Shown here piece after piece: positions 49,314-62,500 of a stretch of 64,000 bases of DNA. Numbering within the stretch: the stretch's first letter is position 1; each line of letters starts with the position of its first letter. The notes beneath the pieces were generated by a model that was not told where the DNA came from, did no database searches, and was given only the letters and a program-made list of their open reading frames with translations. The stretch comes from Heterodontus francisci. Its lineage: Eukaryota. Both the position numbers and the translations under genes were made by a program. Location of the stretch: positions 40,930,437-40,994,436 of the forward strand of contig NC_090409.1 in assembly GCF_036365525.1 (NCBI RefSeq), in the 5' to 3' direction.

Positions 49314-50200
49314 TCCCCCCCGCCCCCCACCCCACCACCTCACAACTCCTCTCCCCCCACTGCTCTCCCCCTCCCTTACTCCCCCTCCCCCACTCCCTCT
49401 CTTTCACTCCCCCTCCCCTCACTCACCCTACCCCCACTCCCTCTCCTTCACTCCCCCTCCCCCACTCCCTCTCTTTCACTCCCCCTCCCCCCACTCCTCT
49501 CCCCCCACTCCCCCTCCCTCACTCTCCCCCTCCCCCACACCCTCTCTTTCACTCCCCCTCCCCCCACTCCTCTCCCCCCACTTCCCCTCTCTCACTCCCC
49601 CCACTTCCCCTTCCTCCCACTTCCCCTCCCGACTCCCCCTCCCATCTCCCCCTCCCCCAATCCCCTCCCCCTTCCATCTCACCCTCCCTCACTTCCCGTC
49701 CCCTCCCTCTCCCCCACCCCCACTCCCATTCCCCAACTCCCCCTCCCCNNNNNNNNNNNNNNNNNNNNNNNNNNNNNNNNNNNNNNNNNNNNNNNNNNNN
49801 NNNNNNNNNNNNNNNNNNNNNNNNNNNNNNNNNNNNNNNNNNNNNNNNNNNNNNNNNNNNNNNNNNNNNNNNNNNNNNNNNNNNNNNNNNNNNNNNNNNN
49901 NNNNNNNCTCACCACTCTCCGCTCCCCACTCTCCCTCCCCACTCCTCCTCCCCTCTCTCCCTCTCCACTCCTCCGCTCCTCTCCCCCTCCCCACTCCTCC
50001 TCCCCTCTCCCCCTCTCCATTCCCCTCCCCCGCCCACTCCCCTCCGTACTCCCCCTCCACACTCCCCCTCCCCAGCCCCTCGTCACTCCCCCTCTCCTCC
50101 CCCTCCCTTCTGCCTTCTTCCCTCTCTTCCTCCTCCACTAGCCCCTCGCTGGCCTTCTCCTCCCCTTCCCTCGTCACTCCCCCTTCCCCCTCCCTCACAC
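49314..50200. repeat. C-rich low-complexity tract with an N gap (49749-49907)
   Basis: Imperfect (cactcccc/ctcccc)n; G-rich on the minus strand. Confidence 0.9.
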
Positions 50201-50578
50201 ATTTCCCCCTCCGTACTGCCTCCCATTCCAGCTCCCGCACATTCTCTCTAGTCCCCTCCTGCTCTGTGTGTGTGTTATCTCTCTCTCTAATCTCTCTGTG
50301 CAGCTGCAGGAAAAGGCTGCACTGACAGGATATTCGGTGAAAGTGAAGATTACGTGCTGTAAGGCCTAGAGACATTGTTATCCACCCATGGACAGAGTGG
50401 TTCAGTAGGTTGTGGGAGGCAGATACATGCACAGACTTGCTCAGGACTTGCTTGTACAAAGTTTCCTGGTGATTTGTCCTGTTTTGCAGAGTTTCCCAGC
50501 TCCTCGCCATAGAGACTGCTCTCCATTCCTCGAGATTATCCCAGGCATTTCCAGGCTGGAGAGAGAGCACAGGAAACC

Positions 50579-50589
50579 ATGTGGCCCAG
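50579..50589 (+). CDS. VWA7: VWA7 start-codon exon (whole exon about 50489-50589)
   Basis: Acceptor gttttgcag ends at 50488; aaaccATG TGG CCC AG|gtaact; phase 2 fits the acceptor at 55989. Confidence 0.65.
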
Positions 50590-53500
50590 GTAACTGCTCC
50601 CCTTACTGTCCCTGTACCTGTGACTACAGACATTATACCAGTGAGTGTTACAGGATGGTGAGTGCGTGTGAGTGAGAGTCATAGAGTTATACAGCACAGA
50701 AACAGGCCCTTCGGCCCATCGTGTCTGTGCCAGCCGTCAAGCACCTATCTATTCTACTCCCATTTTCCGGCACTTGGCCCCTAGCCTTGTATGCTACGGC
50801 GTTTCAAGTGCTCATCTAAATACTTCTTAAATGTTATGAGGGTTCCTGCCTCGACCACCCCTTCAGGCAGAGCGTTCCAGATTCCAACCACCCTCTGGGT
50901 GAAAAAATGTTTCCTCAAATGCCCTCTAAACCGTCTGCCCCTTACCCTAAATCTATGCCCCCTGGTTGTGACCCCTCTGCTAAGGGAAAAAGTTTCTTCC
51001 TATCGAACCGATCAATGCCCCTCATAATTTTGTATACCTCAATCAGGTCCCCCCTCAGCCTTCTCTGCTCTAAGGAAAACAACCCTAGCCTTTCCAGACT
51101 CTCTTCATAGCTGAAATGCTCCAGTCCAGGCAACATCCTGGTGAATCTCCTCTGCACCCTCTCCAGTGCAATCACATCCTTCCTATAGTGTGGTGACCAG
51201 AACTGGACACAGTACTCCAGCTGTGGCCTAACTAGTGTTTTATACAGTGTGTTTGTGTGCTTTGCAGCACTCAGTCAGTGAGTTCAGTGTTACAGGATGG
51301 TGAGTGTGTGAGTGAGTGAGTGAGTGTGTGTGTGTTTTGCTGCACTCAGTCAGTGAGTTCAGTGTTACAGGATGGTGAGTGAGTGTGTGTGTGAGTGAGT
51401 GTGTGTGTTTTGCTGCACTCAGTCAGTGAGTTCAGTGTTACAGGATGGTGAGTGTGTGAGTGAGTGAGTGAGTGTGTGTGTGTTTTGCTGCACTCAGTCA
51501 GTGAGTTCAGTGTTACAAGGATGGTGAGTGTGTGAGTGAGTGAGTGAGTGAGTGTGTGTGTTTTGCTGCACTCAGTCAGTGAGTTCAGTGTTACAGGATG
51601 GTGAGTGAGTGAGTGAGTGTGTGTGTGTGTGTGTTTTGCTGCACTCAGTCAGTGAGTTCAGTGTTACAGGATGGTGAGTGTGTGAGTGAGTGAGTGAGTG
51701 TGTGTGTTTTGCTGCACTCAGTCAGTGAGTTCAGTGTTACAGGATGGTGAGTGAGTGAGTGTGTGTGTGTGTGTTTTGCTGCACTCAGTCAGTGAGTTCA
51801 GTGTTACAGGATGGTGAGTGTGTGAGTGAGTGAGTGAGTGTGTGTGTTTTGCTGCACTCAGTCAGTGAGTTCAGTGTTACAGGATGGTGAGTGAGTGAGT
51901 GAGTGTGTGTGTGTGTGTGTTTTGCTGCACTCAGTCAGTGAGTTCAGTGTTACAGGATGGTGAGTGTGTGAGTGAGTGAGTGAGTGTGTGTGTGTGTTTT
52001 GCTGCACTCAGTCAGTGAGTTCAGTGTTACAGGATGGTGAGTGTGTGAGTGAGTGAGTGAGTGTGTGTGTGTGTTTTGCTGCACTCAGTCAGTGAGTTCA
52101 GTGTTACAGGATGGTGAGTGAGTGTGTGTGTGAGTGAGTGTGTGTGTTTTGCTGCACTCAGTCAGTGAGTTCAGTGTTACAGGATGGTGAGTGAGTGTGT
52201 GTGTGAGTGAGTGTGTGTGTTTTGCTGCACTCAGTCAGTGAGTTCAGTGTTACAGGATGCTGAGTGTGTGAGTGACTGAGTGAGTGAGTGAGTGTGTGTT
52301 TTGCTGCACTCAGTCAGTGAGTTCAGTGTTACAGGATGGTGAGTGAGTGAGTGAGTGAGTGTGTGTGTGTGTGTTTTGCTGCACTCAGTCAGTGAGTTCA
52401 GTGTTACAGGATGGTGAGTGTGTGAGTGAGTGTGAGTGAGTGTGTGTTTTGCTGCACTCAGTCAGTGAGTTCAGTGTTACAGGATGCTGAGTGTGTGAGT
52501 GAGTGAGTGAGTGAGTGAGTGTGTGTTTTGCTGCACTCAGTCAGTGAGTTCAGTGTTACAGGATGGTGAGTGAGTGAGTGAGTGAGTGTGTGTGTGTGTG
52601 TTTTGCTGCACACAGTCAGTGAGTTCAGTGTTACAGGATGGTGAGTGTGTGAGTGAGTGAGTGTGTGTGTTTTGCTGCACTCAGTCAGTGAGTTCAGTGT
52701 TACAGGATGGTGAGTGTGTGATAGAGTGAGTGTGTGTGTGTGTGTTTTGCTCCACTCAGTCAGTGAGTTCAGTGTTACAGGATGGTGAGTGTGTGAGTGA
52801 GTGAGTGAGTGAGTGTGTGTGTGTGTTTTGCTGCACTCAGTCAGTGAGTTCAGTGTTACAGGATGGTGAGTGTGTGAGTGAGTGAGTGAGTGTGTGTGTG
52901 TGTTTTGCTGCACTCAGTCAGTGAGTTCAGTGTTACAGGATGGTGAGTGAGTGTGTGTGTGAGTGAGTGTGTGTGTTTTGCTGCACTCAGTCAGTGAGTT
53001 CAGTGTTACAGGATGGTGAGTGTGTGAGTGAGTGAGTATGTGTGTGTGTGTTTTGCTGCACTCAGTCAGTGAGTTCAGTGTTACAGGATGCTGAGTGTGT
53101 GAGTGAGTGAGTGAGTGAGTGAGTGTGTGTTTTGCTGCACTCAGTCAGTGAGTTCAGTGTTACAGGATGGTGAGTGTGTGAGTGAGTGTGAGTGAGTGTG
53201 TTTTGCTGCACTCAGTCAGTGAGTTCAGTGTTACAGGATGGTGAGTGTGTGAGTGAGTGTGAGTGAGTGTGTGTTTTGCTGCACTCAGTCAGTGAGTTCA
53301 GTGTTACAGGATGCTGAGTGTGTGAGTGAGTGAGTGAGTGAGTGAGTGTGTGTTTTGCTGCACTCAGTCAGTGAGTTCAGTGTTACAGGATGGTGAGTGT
53401 GTGAGTGAGTGTGAGTGAGTGTGTGTTTTGCTGCACTCAGTCAGTGAGTTCAGTGTTACAGGATGCTGAGTGTGTGAGTGAGTGAGTGAGTGAGTGAGTG

Positions 53501-56500
53501 TGTGTTTTGCTGCACTCAGTCAGTGAGTTCAGTGTTACAGGATGGTGAGTGAGTGAGTGTGTGTGTGTGTGTTTTGCTGCACACAGTCAGTGAGTTCAGT
53601 GTTACAGGATGGTGAGTGTGTGAGTGAGTGAGTGTGTGTGTTTTGCTGCACTCAGTCAGTGAGTTCAGTGTTACAGGATGGTGAGTGTGTGAGTGAGTGA
53701 GTGTGTGTGTGTGTGTTTTGCTGCACTCAGTCAGTGAGTTCAGTGTTACAGGATGGTGAGTGTGTGATAGAGTGAGTGTGTGTGTGTGTGTTTTGCTCCA
53801 CTCAGTCAGTGAGTTCAGTGTTACAGGATGGTGAGTGTGTGAGTGAGTGTGAGTGAGTGTGTGTTTTGCTGCACTCAGTCAGTGAGTTCAGTGTTACAGG
53901 ATGCTGAGTGTGTGAGTGAGTGAGTGTGAGTGTGTGTGTGTTTTGCTGCACTCAGTCAGTGAGCTCAGTGTTACGGGTTGCTGACAGTCGCTAAGTTCAG
54001 TGTTATAGAATGACAACACTCCCACGTGGTGTCCGAGATTTTGTTTGGCTCCTTCTGGCAGGAGATGTGTGTGTGTGTTTCTCGTCTGTGTTAAGAACTC
54101 CCAAATTCGGCCCATCCCTGGGACTGGTTCTGTGCAGGAATGCAATCTTTCATTTGGATACATTCCACAAAGCTTTCACTGTAAACTCCGCTGTTCGAAC
54201 AGATCCAGAGAGAATCATTGACCCGCAGAATCACAGCCCAGGAGAACGTCGTTCGGCCCATCGCCCCTGTGCCTCTGCTCTTTGAAAGATCTATCCAATT
54301 AGTCCCCAATCTCCCCCCCCTGCTCTTTCCCCCATCTCCCTGCAAATTTTTCCCCTTCCAGTATTTCTCCAATTCCCCCCTTTTGAAAGTTACTATTGAA
54401 TCTGCTTCCACCGCCCTTTCAGGCAGCGCGTTCCAGATCACAACAACTCACTGCGTCAAAAACATTCTCCTCCTCTCCCCCCCTCTGGTTCTTTTACCGA
54501 TTTTAAGGTTCTGCCCCCTTGTTCTGGACTCCCCCTCCCCCACCAGAGGAAATAGTTTCTCTCTATCGGACGTATCGAATCCTTTAATCGTCTTAAACCC
54601 CCTCGATTCGATCACCCCCTTAATCTTCCACACTCGAGGTGATGCAAGCCCAGTCTGTGCAACCCGTCCTCGCGATTTAACCCTTTCAGCCCCGGGGTCA
54701 TTCTGGTGAATCTGCACTGCACCCCGCCCCCGAGGACAGTATATCCTTCCTGAGGGGCAGGGGGCACAGAACTGAACACAGTGACTGCAGACGGGGTCTG
54801 AGCAGAGCTTTATATATCACTGAAGCATGACTTTCACCTGTTTATATTCCAGCCTCATTGTGTTAACAATCGAACGTTTGCCTGTGTTAAGGGCTCATGT
54901 CTCTAGCCTGGGTCTCGACCCTACAACCCCGTGCGTCTGAGGCAGGAGTACGACCTGCTGACTGGCGGGCAAGTCGGAGGTTTGGTACGAATTATGCTCG
55001 GGGCAAAGCTCTATTTAAACCAGGAACATGTTACAACTGGTGACGACTGAAAATGCGCAATCTTGTTTCCAAATCGTTTCATGGCCTGATTTTCCTCGGC
55101 TCTGCAGTTCCCTCCCTAAAACCTCCACGCCTCACTCTCCTGTAATGGTAAATGTTTGTTTATGTTCCCACTGCAGGTACGGAAAACAAGTAGGAAGGGT
55201 AAGGGAGGGGGTTGCAAGAGGATTGGATTACGAGGATGAGGGAGTCTCGCTGCAGTTAGACAGGGGCTTTAGTGAGACCACATCTGGAGCACAGTGCACA
55301 ATTCTGGTCTCCTTGCTTAATGACGGATAGACTTGCCTTGGATGGGGCGCAACTGCGGTTCGCTAGACCAGTTCCTGGGATGAGAGGGTTGTCCGATGAG
55401 GAGAGATTGAGCAGAATGGGTCGAGGGGAGATGACAGGAGTATTGTGTCCTGATCGGGCCACCGCAATTGAGAAAGGATGCGAGGGTCCTTGAGAGGGTG
55501 CAGAGGAGATTGAGCAGGATGGTTCCGGGGATAGGGGAATTTAGTTACAAAGGTTAGATTGGAAAAGCTGGGGTTGTTTTCCTTGGAGTAAAGGAGATTG
55601 AGTGGAGATTTGATAGAGGTGGACAAGAGTGAGACAGGTTTGGATAAGGTCGACAAAGGTAAGCTGTTTGCATTAGTTGATGGGGCGAGGACTGGGGGGA
55701 GACAGATTTAAGGGTTTGGGCAGGAGAAACGGCGGGGGGAAAGTGAGGAAGAAATTGTTTACACAGCGAGTGGTAATGAGCTGGAAATCACTGCCTACGA
55801 AGGATGGTGGATGAATGATTTCAAAAGGGAATTGAATGGGCGCTCGAGAGGAATAAACTTACAGGGGTACGGGGAGTGGGACTGACTGGATTGCACTACG
55901 GAAAGCTGGCACAGACTGGATGGGACGAATGGCCTCCCCCCTGCCCCCCGCTCCCTTTACATATCTTCCTATCTTCTTATGTTTTACAGACAGATAGCGA
56001 AACTGACCTCCCGAGGGTTTGCCAGTCTGGTGTTACTTACCGCCCACAAAGTGCTGTGCTTTCTCCCGAACTTGGGTGGTGAGAGTATCACCCACTCCAA
56101 GATCAGCAAGATGGCGGCTCTGCGTATCACTCTCAAAGTGTTCCAGGGAATTCCCAGCCCCGATGGTAAAGTGCTTCCCGCAGACGCCTTCCAGCCAGAG
56201 GTAAGGTCACGGCCCATTCAGCCAGAATCCGGGCGAAACCAGAGAGGGTGCGGAGGGAGATTTACCGGAATGGTCCCGGGGATGAGGGACTTCAGTCAAT
56301 GTGGAGAGACTGGGAGAAGCTGGGATTGTTCTCCTTAGAGCAGAGAAGGTCAAGGGGGGAGATTTAATCGAGGCGTTCAAAATCATGAGGGGTTTTCGAT
56401 GGAGTAAATGAGGAGAAACTGTTCCCAGTGGCAGGAGGGTCGGTAACCAGAGGGACACAGATTGAGGATAATCGGGAAAGGAACCAGAGGAGCAGAACTG

Positions 56501-59500
56501 TGCACAGTGCTCCGCGTGTGGTCTCACCAAGGGATATGGAGACTGGAACTGTGCACAGTGCTCCGCGTGTGGTCTAACCAAGGTATATGGAGACTGGAAC
56601 TGTGCACAGTGCTCCGAGTGTGGTCTAACCGAGGGATATGGAGACCAGAACTGTGCACAGTGCTCCGAGTGTGGTCTAACCGAGGAATATGGAGACCGGA
56701 ACTGTGCACAGTGCCCCGAGTGTGGTGTAAAAGAGGGATATGGAGACCGGACCGGTGCACAGTGCTCCAAGTGTGGTCTAACCGAGGGATATGGAGACCG
56801 AAACAGTGCACAGTGCTCCAGGTGTGGTCTAACCAAGGTGTATGGAGACCAGAACTGTGCACAGTGCTCCGAGTGTGGTCTAACCAAGGTGTATGGAGAC
56901 CGGAACTGTGCACAGTGCTCCGCGTGTGGTCTAAAAGAGGGATATGGAGACCGAAACAGTGCACAGTGCTCCAGGTGTGGTCTAACCAAGGTGTATGGAG
57001 ACCAGAACTGTGCACAGTGCTCCGAGTGTGGTCTAACCAAGGTGTATGGAGACCGGAACTGTGCACAGTGCTCCGCGTGTGGTCTAAAAGAGGGATATGG
57101 AGACCGAAACAGTGCACAGTGCTCCAGGTGTGGTCTAACCAAGGTGTATGGAGACCAGAACTGTGCACAGTGCTCCGAGTGTGGTCTAACCAAGGTGTAT
57201 GGAGACCGGAACTGTGCACAGTGCTCCCAGTGTGGTCTAACCAAGGTATATGGAGACCGGAACTGTGCACAGTGCTCCCAGTGTGGTCTAACCAAGGTAT
57301 ATGGAGACCGGAACTGTGCACAGTGCTCCGAGTGTGGTGTAACCGAGGGATATGGAGACCGGAACTGTGCACAGTGCTCCGAGTATGGTCTAACCGAGGG
57401 ATATGGAGATCGGAACTGTGCACAGTGCTCCAAGTGTGATCTAACCAAGGGATATGGAGACCGGAACTGTGCACAGTGCTCAGAGTGTGGTGTAACCGAG
57501 GGATATGGAGACCGGAACTGTGCACAGTGCTCCGAGTGTGGTCTAACCAAGGTATATGGAGACCGGAACTGTGCACAGTGCTCCGACTGTGGTCTAACCC
57601 AGGTGTATGGAGACCGGAACTGTGCACAGTGCTCCGAGTGTAGTCTAACCAAGGTATATGGAGACCGGAACTGTACACAGTGCTCCGAGTGTGGTCTAAC
57701 CAAGGTGTATGGAGACCGGAACTGTGCACAGTGCTCAGAGTGTGGTCTAACCAAGGTGTATGGAGACCGGAACTGTGCACAGTGCTCCGAGTGTGGTCTA
57801 ACCAAGGTATATGGAGACCGGAACTGTGCACAGTGCTCCGACTGTGGTCTAACCCAGGTGTATGGAGACCGGAACTGTGCACAGTGCTCCGAGTGTAGTC
57901 TAACCAAGGTATCTGGAGACCGGAACTGTGCACAGTGCTCCCAGTGTGGTCCAACCGAGGGATATGGAGACCGGAACTGTGCACAGTGCTCCGAGTGTGG
58001 TCTAACCGAGGTATATGGAGACCGGAACTGTGCACAGTGCTCCGAGTGTGGTCTAACCGAGGTATATAGAGACTGCAACTGTGCACAGTGCTCCAAGTGT
58101 GGTCGAACCAAGGTATATGGAGACTGGAACTGTGCACAGTGCTCCGAGTGTGGTTGAACCAAGGTATATGGAGACTGGAACTGTGCACAGTGCTCCGAGT
58201 GTGGTCTAACCAAGGTATATGGAGACTGGAACTGTGCACAGTGCTCCAGGTGTCGTCTGACCAAGGTATATGGAGACTGGAACTGTGCACAGTGCTCCGA
58301 GTGTGGTCTAACCGAGGATATGGAGACTGGAACTGTGCACAGTGCTCCGAGTGTGGTCTAACCGAGGTATATGGAGACTGGAACTGTGCACATTGCTCCG
58401 AGTGTGGTCTAACCAAGGTATATGGGGACCGGAACTGTGCACTGTGCTCCGAGTGTTGTCTAACCAAGGTATATGGAGACTGGAACTGTGCACAGTGCTC
58501 CAGGTGCCGTCTGACCAATGTTCGAAACAGGTTTTCGGCCCCGCATAGTTCTCCTCCGCGCACTCTGAGTTACTGAACCCCGCCTTGCGGCAGTGTGCAG
58601 GGTCTGCCGGCGCTCCAGACGGCTCCACTACCCTTCCCAATGTTCATCCTGCCCTCACTCACTCCATTTTTTTGCTTCCTCAGGGGCGCAATCTCACTGC
58701 GGAGAAACTCTTTGAGGCATATTACGGGATGGATGTGTCGGTCTCCCGTTTTAAACAGGCATTGTCCATTATTACGTTCAGTAACACAAAGGTTGATTTC
58801 CAATACGTATTTGAGGAGAAACGTCACTTTGATTCCGAGACCCTGCTGGAGGCTAAGGAGGTCCTGCTGAGCTTGAAGGCGAGCGTGATACAAAATATCC
58901 TGCAAGGAATGTATACTAGAGCCTTGAAAAATCTGGGGACAATGTTACACACTCTGCAGGTGAGTCTCACTGCACTGTCGGAGGGTCAGTACTGAGGGAG
59001 CGCTGCACTGTCGGAGGGTCAGTACTGAGGGAGTGCTGCAATGTCGGAGGGTCAGTACTGAGGGAGTGCTGCACTGTCGGAGGGTCAGTACTGAGGGAGT
59101 GCTGCACTGTCGGAGGGTCAGTACTGAGGGAGTGTCGGAGGGTCAGTACTGAGGGAGTGCCGCACTGTCAGAGGGCCAGTACTGAGGGAGTGTTGCACTG
59201 TCGGAGCGTCAGTACTGAGGGAGTGTTGCACTGTCAGAGGGTCAGTACTGAGGGAGTGTTGCACTGTCGGAGCGTCAGTACTGAGGGAGTGTTGCACTGT
59301 CAGAGGGTCAGTACTGAGGGAGCGCCGCACTGTCGGAGGGTCAGTACTGAGGGAGTGCCGCACAGTGCAGGGAGTGCAGATAGTCTCAGTCATCTCATTA
59401 TCAAAAAGGAGGAGGTGTTGGGTGTCTTGCAAAGCATTAAGTTAGATAAGTCCCCAGGGCCTGATGGGATCTACCCTAGAATACTGAGGGATGCAAGGGA

Positions 59501-62500
59501 GGAAATTGCTGGGACCTTGACAGAAATCTTTGCATCCTCATTGGCTACAGGTGAGGTCCCAGAGGACTGGAGAATAGCCAATGTTGTTCCTTTGTTTAAG
59601 AAGGGTAGCAAGGATAATCCAGGAAATTATAGGCCGGTGAGCCTTACGTCAGTGGTAGGGAAACTATTAGAGAGGATTCTTCGGGACAGGATTTACTCCC
59701 ATTTGGAAACAAACAAACTTATTAGCGAGAGGCAGCATGGTTTTGTGAAGGGGAGGTCGTGTCTTACTAATTTGATTGAGTTTTTTGAGGAAGTGACGAA
59801 GATGATTGATGAGGGAAGGGCGGTGGATGTTGTCTATATGGACTTTAGTAAAGCCTTTGACAAGGTCCCTCATGGCAGACTGGTACAAAAGGTGAAGTCA
59901 CACTGGATCAGAGGTGAGCTGGCAAGATGGATGCAGAACTGGCTCGGTCATAGAAGACAGAGGGTATCAGTGGAAGGGTGCTTTTCTGAATGGAGGGATG
60001 TGACTAGTGGTGTTCCGCAGGGATCAGTGCTGGGACCTTTGCTGTTTGTAGTATATATAAATGATTTGGAGGAAAATGTAGCTGGTCTGATGAGTAAGTT
60101 TGCGGACGACACAAAGGTTGGTGGAGTTGCGGATAAAGATGAGGATTGTCAGAGGATACAGCAGGATATAGATCGGTTGGAGACTTGGGCGGAGAAATGG
60201 CAGATGGAGTTTAATCCGGACAAATGTGAGGTAATGCATTTTGGAAGGTCTAATACAGGTGGGAGGTATACAGTAAATGGCAGAACCCTTAGGAGTATTG
60301 ACAGGCAGAGAGATCTGGGCGTACAGGTCCACAGGTCACTGAAAGTGGCAACGCAGGTGGATAAGGTAGTCAAGAAGGCATATGGCATGCTTGCCTTCAT
60401 CGGTCAGGGCATAGAGTATAAAAATTGGCAAGTCATGTTGCAGCTGTACAGAACCTTAGTTAGGCCACACTTGGAATATTGCGTGCAATTCTGGTCGCCA
60501 CACTACCAGAAGGACATGGAGGCATTGGAGAGGGTACAGAGGAGGTTTACCAGGATGTTGCCTGGTCTGGAGGGCATTAGCTATGAGGAGAGGTTGGATA
60601 AACTCGGATTGTTTTCACTGGAACGACGGAGGTGGAGGGGCGACATGATAGATGTTTACAAAGTTATGAGCGGCATGGACAGAGTGGATAGTCAGAAGCT
60701 TTTTCCCAGGGTGGAAGAGTCAGTTACTAGGGGACATAGGTTTAAGGTGCGAGGGGCAAAGTTTAGAGGGGATGTGCGAGGCAAGTTCGTTACACAGAGG
60801 GTGGTGAGTGCCTGGAACTTGCTGCTGGGGGAGGTGGTGGAAGCAGATACGATAGCGACGTTTGAGAGGCATGTTGACAAATACATGAATAGGATGGGAA
60901 TAGAGGGATACGGTCCCCGGAAGTGCAGAAGGTTTTAGTTTAGGCAGGCATCAAGATCGGCGCAGGCTTGGAGGGCCGAATGGCCTGTTCCTGTGCTCTA
61001 CTGTTCTTTGCTCTTGAGGCGTGACGCTCTGAGATGTGACGCTCTTGAGGCGCGACGCTCTGTCCGCGGATCGCGAATAACCGAGACAAACTTTGACTGA
61101 GACACTTTAACTCCCTCAGGATTTTTACAGCCACAGTAACTGGATTGAGCTCGGTTACCGAATCCCCCACAGTAACCTGATCAAACCTGGAGCGACAATC
61201 GGAACAATCGCAGGTGAGGCAGATCGAAACACGGCAGGTGTTAGGTTTGGAAAGAGACAAGAGCCATCTTTGAGGCCGGCAAGGTGTGGGTGCCGATGGC
61301 GACTCTGGGATTGTGACCAGGAGAAAAGGGAACAACAACAAAATTGTGCATTTATATAGCACCTTAAATGCGGCAACGCCTCCCACGATGCTTCACAGAA
61401 GCGATTATCAAACAAAATTTCATCCCAGGTCACCTATTAGGGACCGGTGTCCAAAAGCTCGGACAAAGAGGTCGGTTTTTAAGGAGCGTCGAAAAGGAGG
61501 AGAGAGAGAGAGAGAGAGGCGGAGAGGTTTAGGGAGGGAATTCCAGAGCTTAGGGCCCCCAGGCAGCTGAAGGCACGGCCACCAATGGTGGAGCGATGGG
61601 AATCGGGGGATGGGTGAGAGGCCGGAATTGGAGGGAGCGCAGAGATCTCGGAGGGTTGTAGGGGCTGGAGGAGGTTAGAGAGATAGGGAGGGTTGTAGGG
61701 GGCTGGAGGAGGTTACAGAGATAGGGAGGGTTGTAGGGGCTGGAGGAGGTTAGAGAGATAGGGAGGGTTGTAGGGGCTGGAGGAGGTTACAGAGATAGGG
61801 AGGGTTGTAGGGGCTGGAGGAGGTTACAGCGATAGGGAGGGTTGTAGGGGCTGGAGGAGGTTACAGAGATAGGGAGGGTTGTCGGGGCTGGAGGAGGTTA
61901 CAGAGATAGGGAGAGTTGTCAGGGCTGGAGGAGGTTACAGAGATAGGGAGAGTTGTCAGGGCTGGAGGAGGTAACAGAGATAGGGAGGGTTGGAGGGGCT
62001 GGAGGAGGTTACAGAGATAGGGAGGGTTTGTCGGGGTTGGAGGAGGTTACAGAGATGGGGAGGGTTGTCGGGGTTGGAAGAGGTTACAGAGATCGGGAGG
62101 GTTGTCGGGGCTGGAGGAGGTTACAGAGATGGGGAGGGTTGTCGGGGCTGGAGGAGGTTACAGAGATAGGGTGGGTTGTCGGGGCTGGAGGAGGTTACAG
62201 AGATGGGGAGGGTTGTCAGGGCTGGAGGAGGTTACAGAGATAGGGAGGGTTGTAGGGGCTGGAGGAGGTTACAGAGATAGGGAGGATTTGTCGGGGTTGG
62301 AGGAGGTGACAGAGATGGGGAGGGTTGTCGGGGCTGGAGGAGGTTCCAGAGATCGGGAGGGTTGTCGGGGCTGGAGGAGGTTACAGAGATGGGGAGGGTT
62401 ATCGGGGCTGGAGGAGGTTACAGAGATAGGGAGGGTTGTCGGGGCTGGAGGAGGTTACAGAGATGGGGAGGGTTGTCAGGGCTGGAGGAGGTTACAGAGA

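Noticed and set aside
50412-50675. Cys-rich 87-aa ORF with an apparent donor at 50641
   Set aside because: The GTGAGT is the start of a satellite unit. The overlapping ATG at 50579 with the donor at 50590 gives the correct VWA7 frame.
56838-58157. Cys-rich keratin-associated or metallothionein-like 439-aa ORF
   Set aside because: Antisense reading of a CR1-derived 48-bp repeat inside a VWA7 intron; no supporting splice context.
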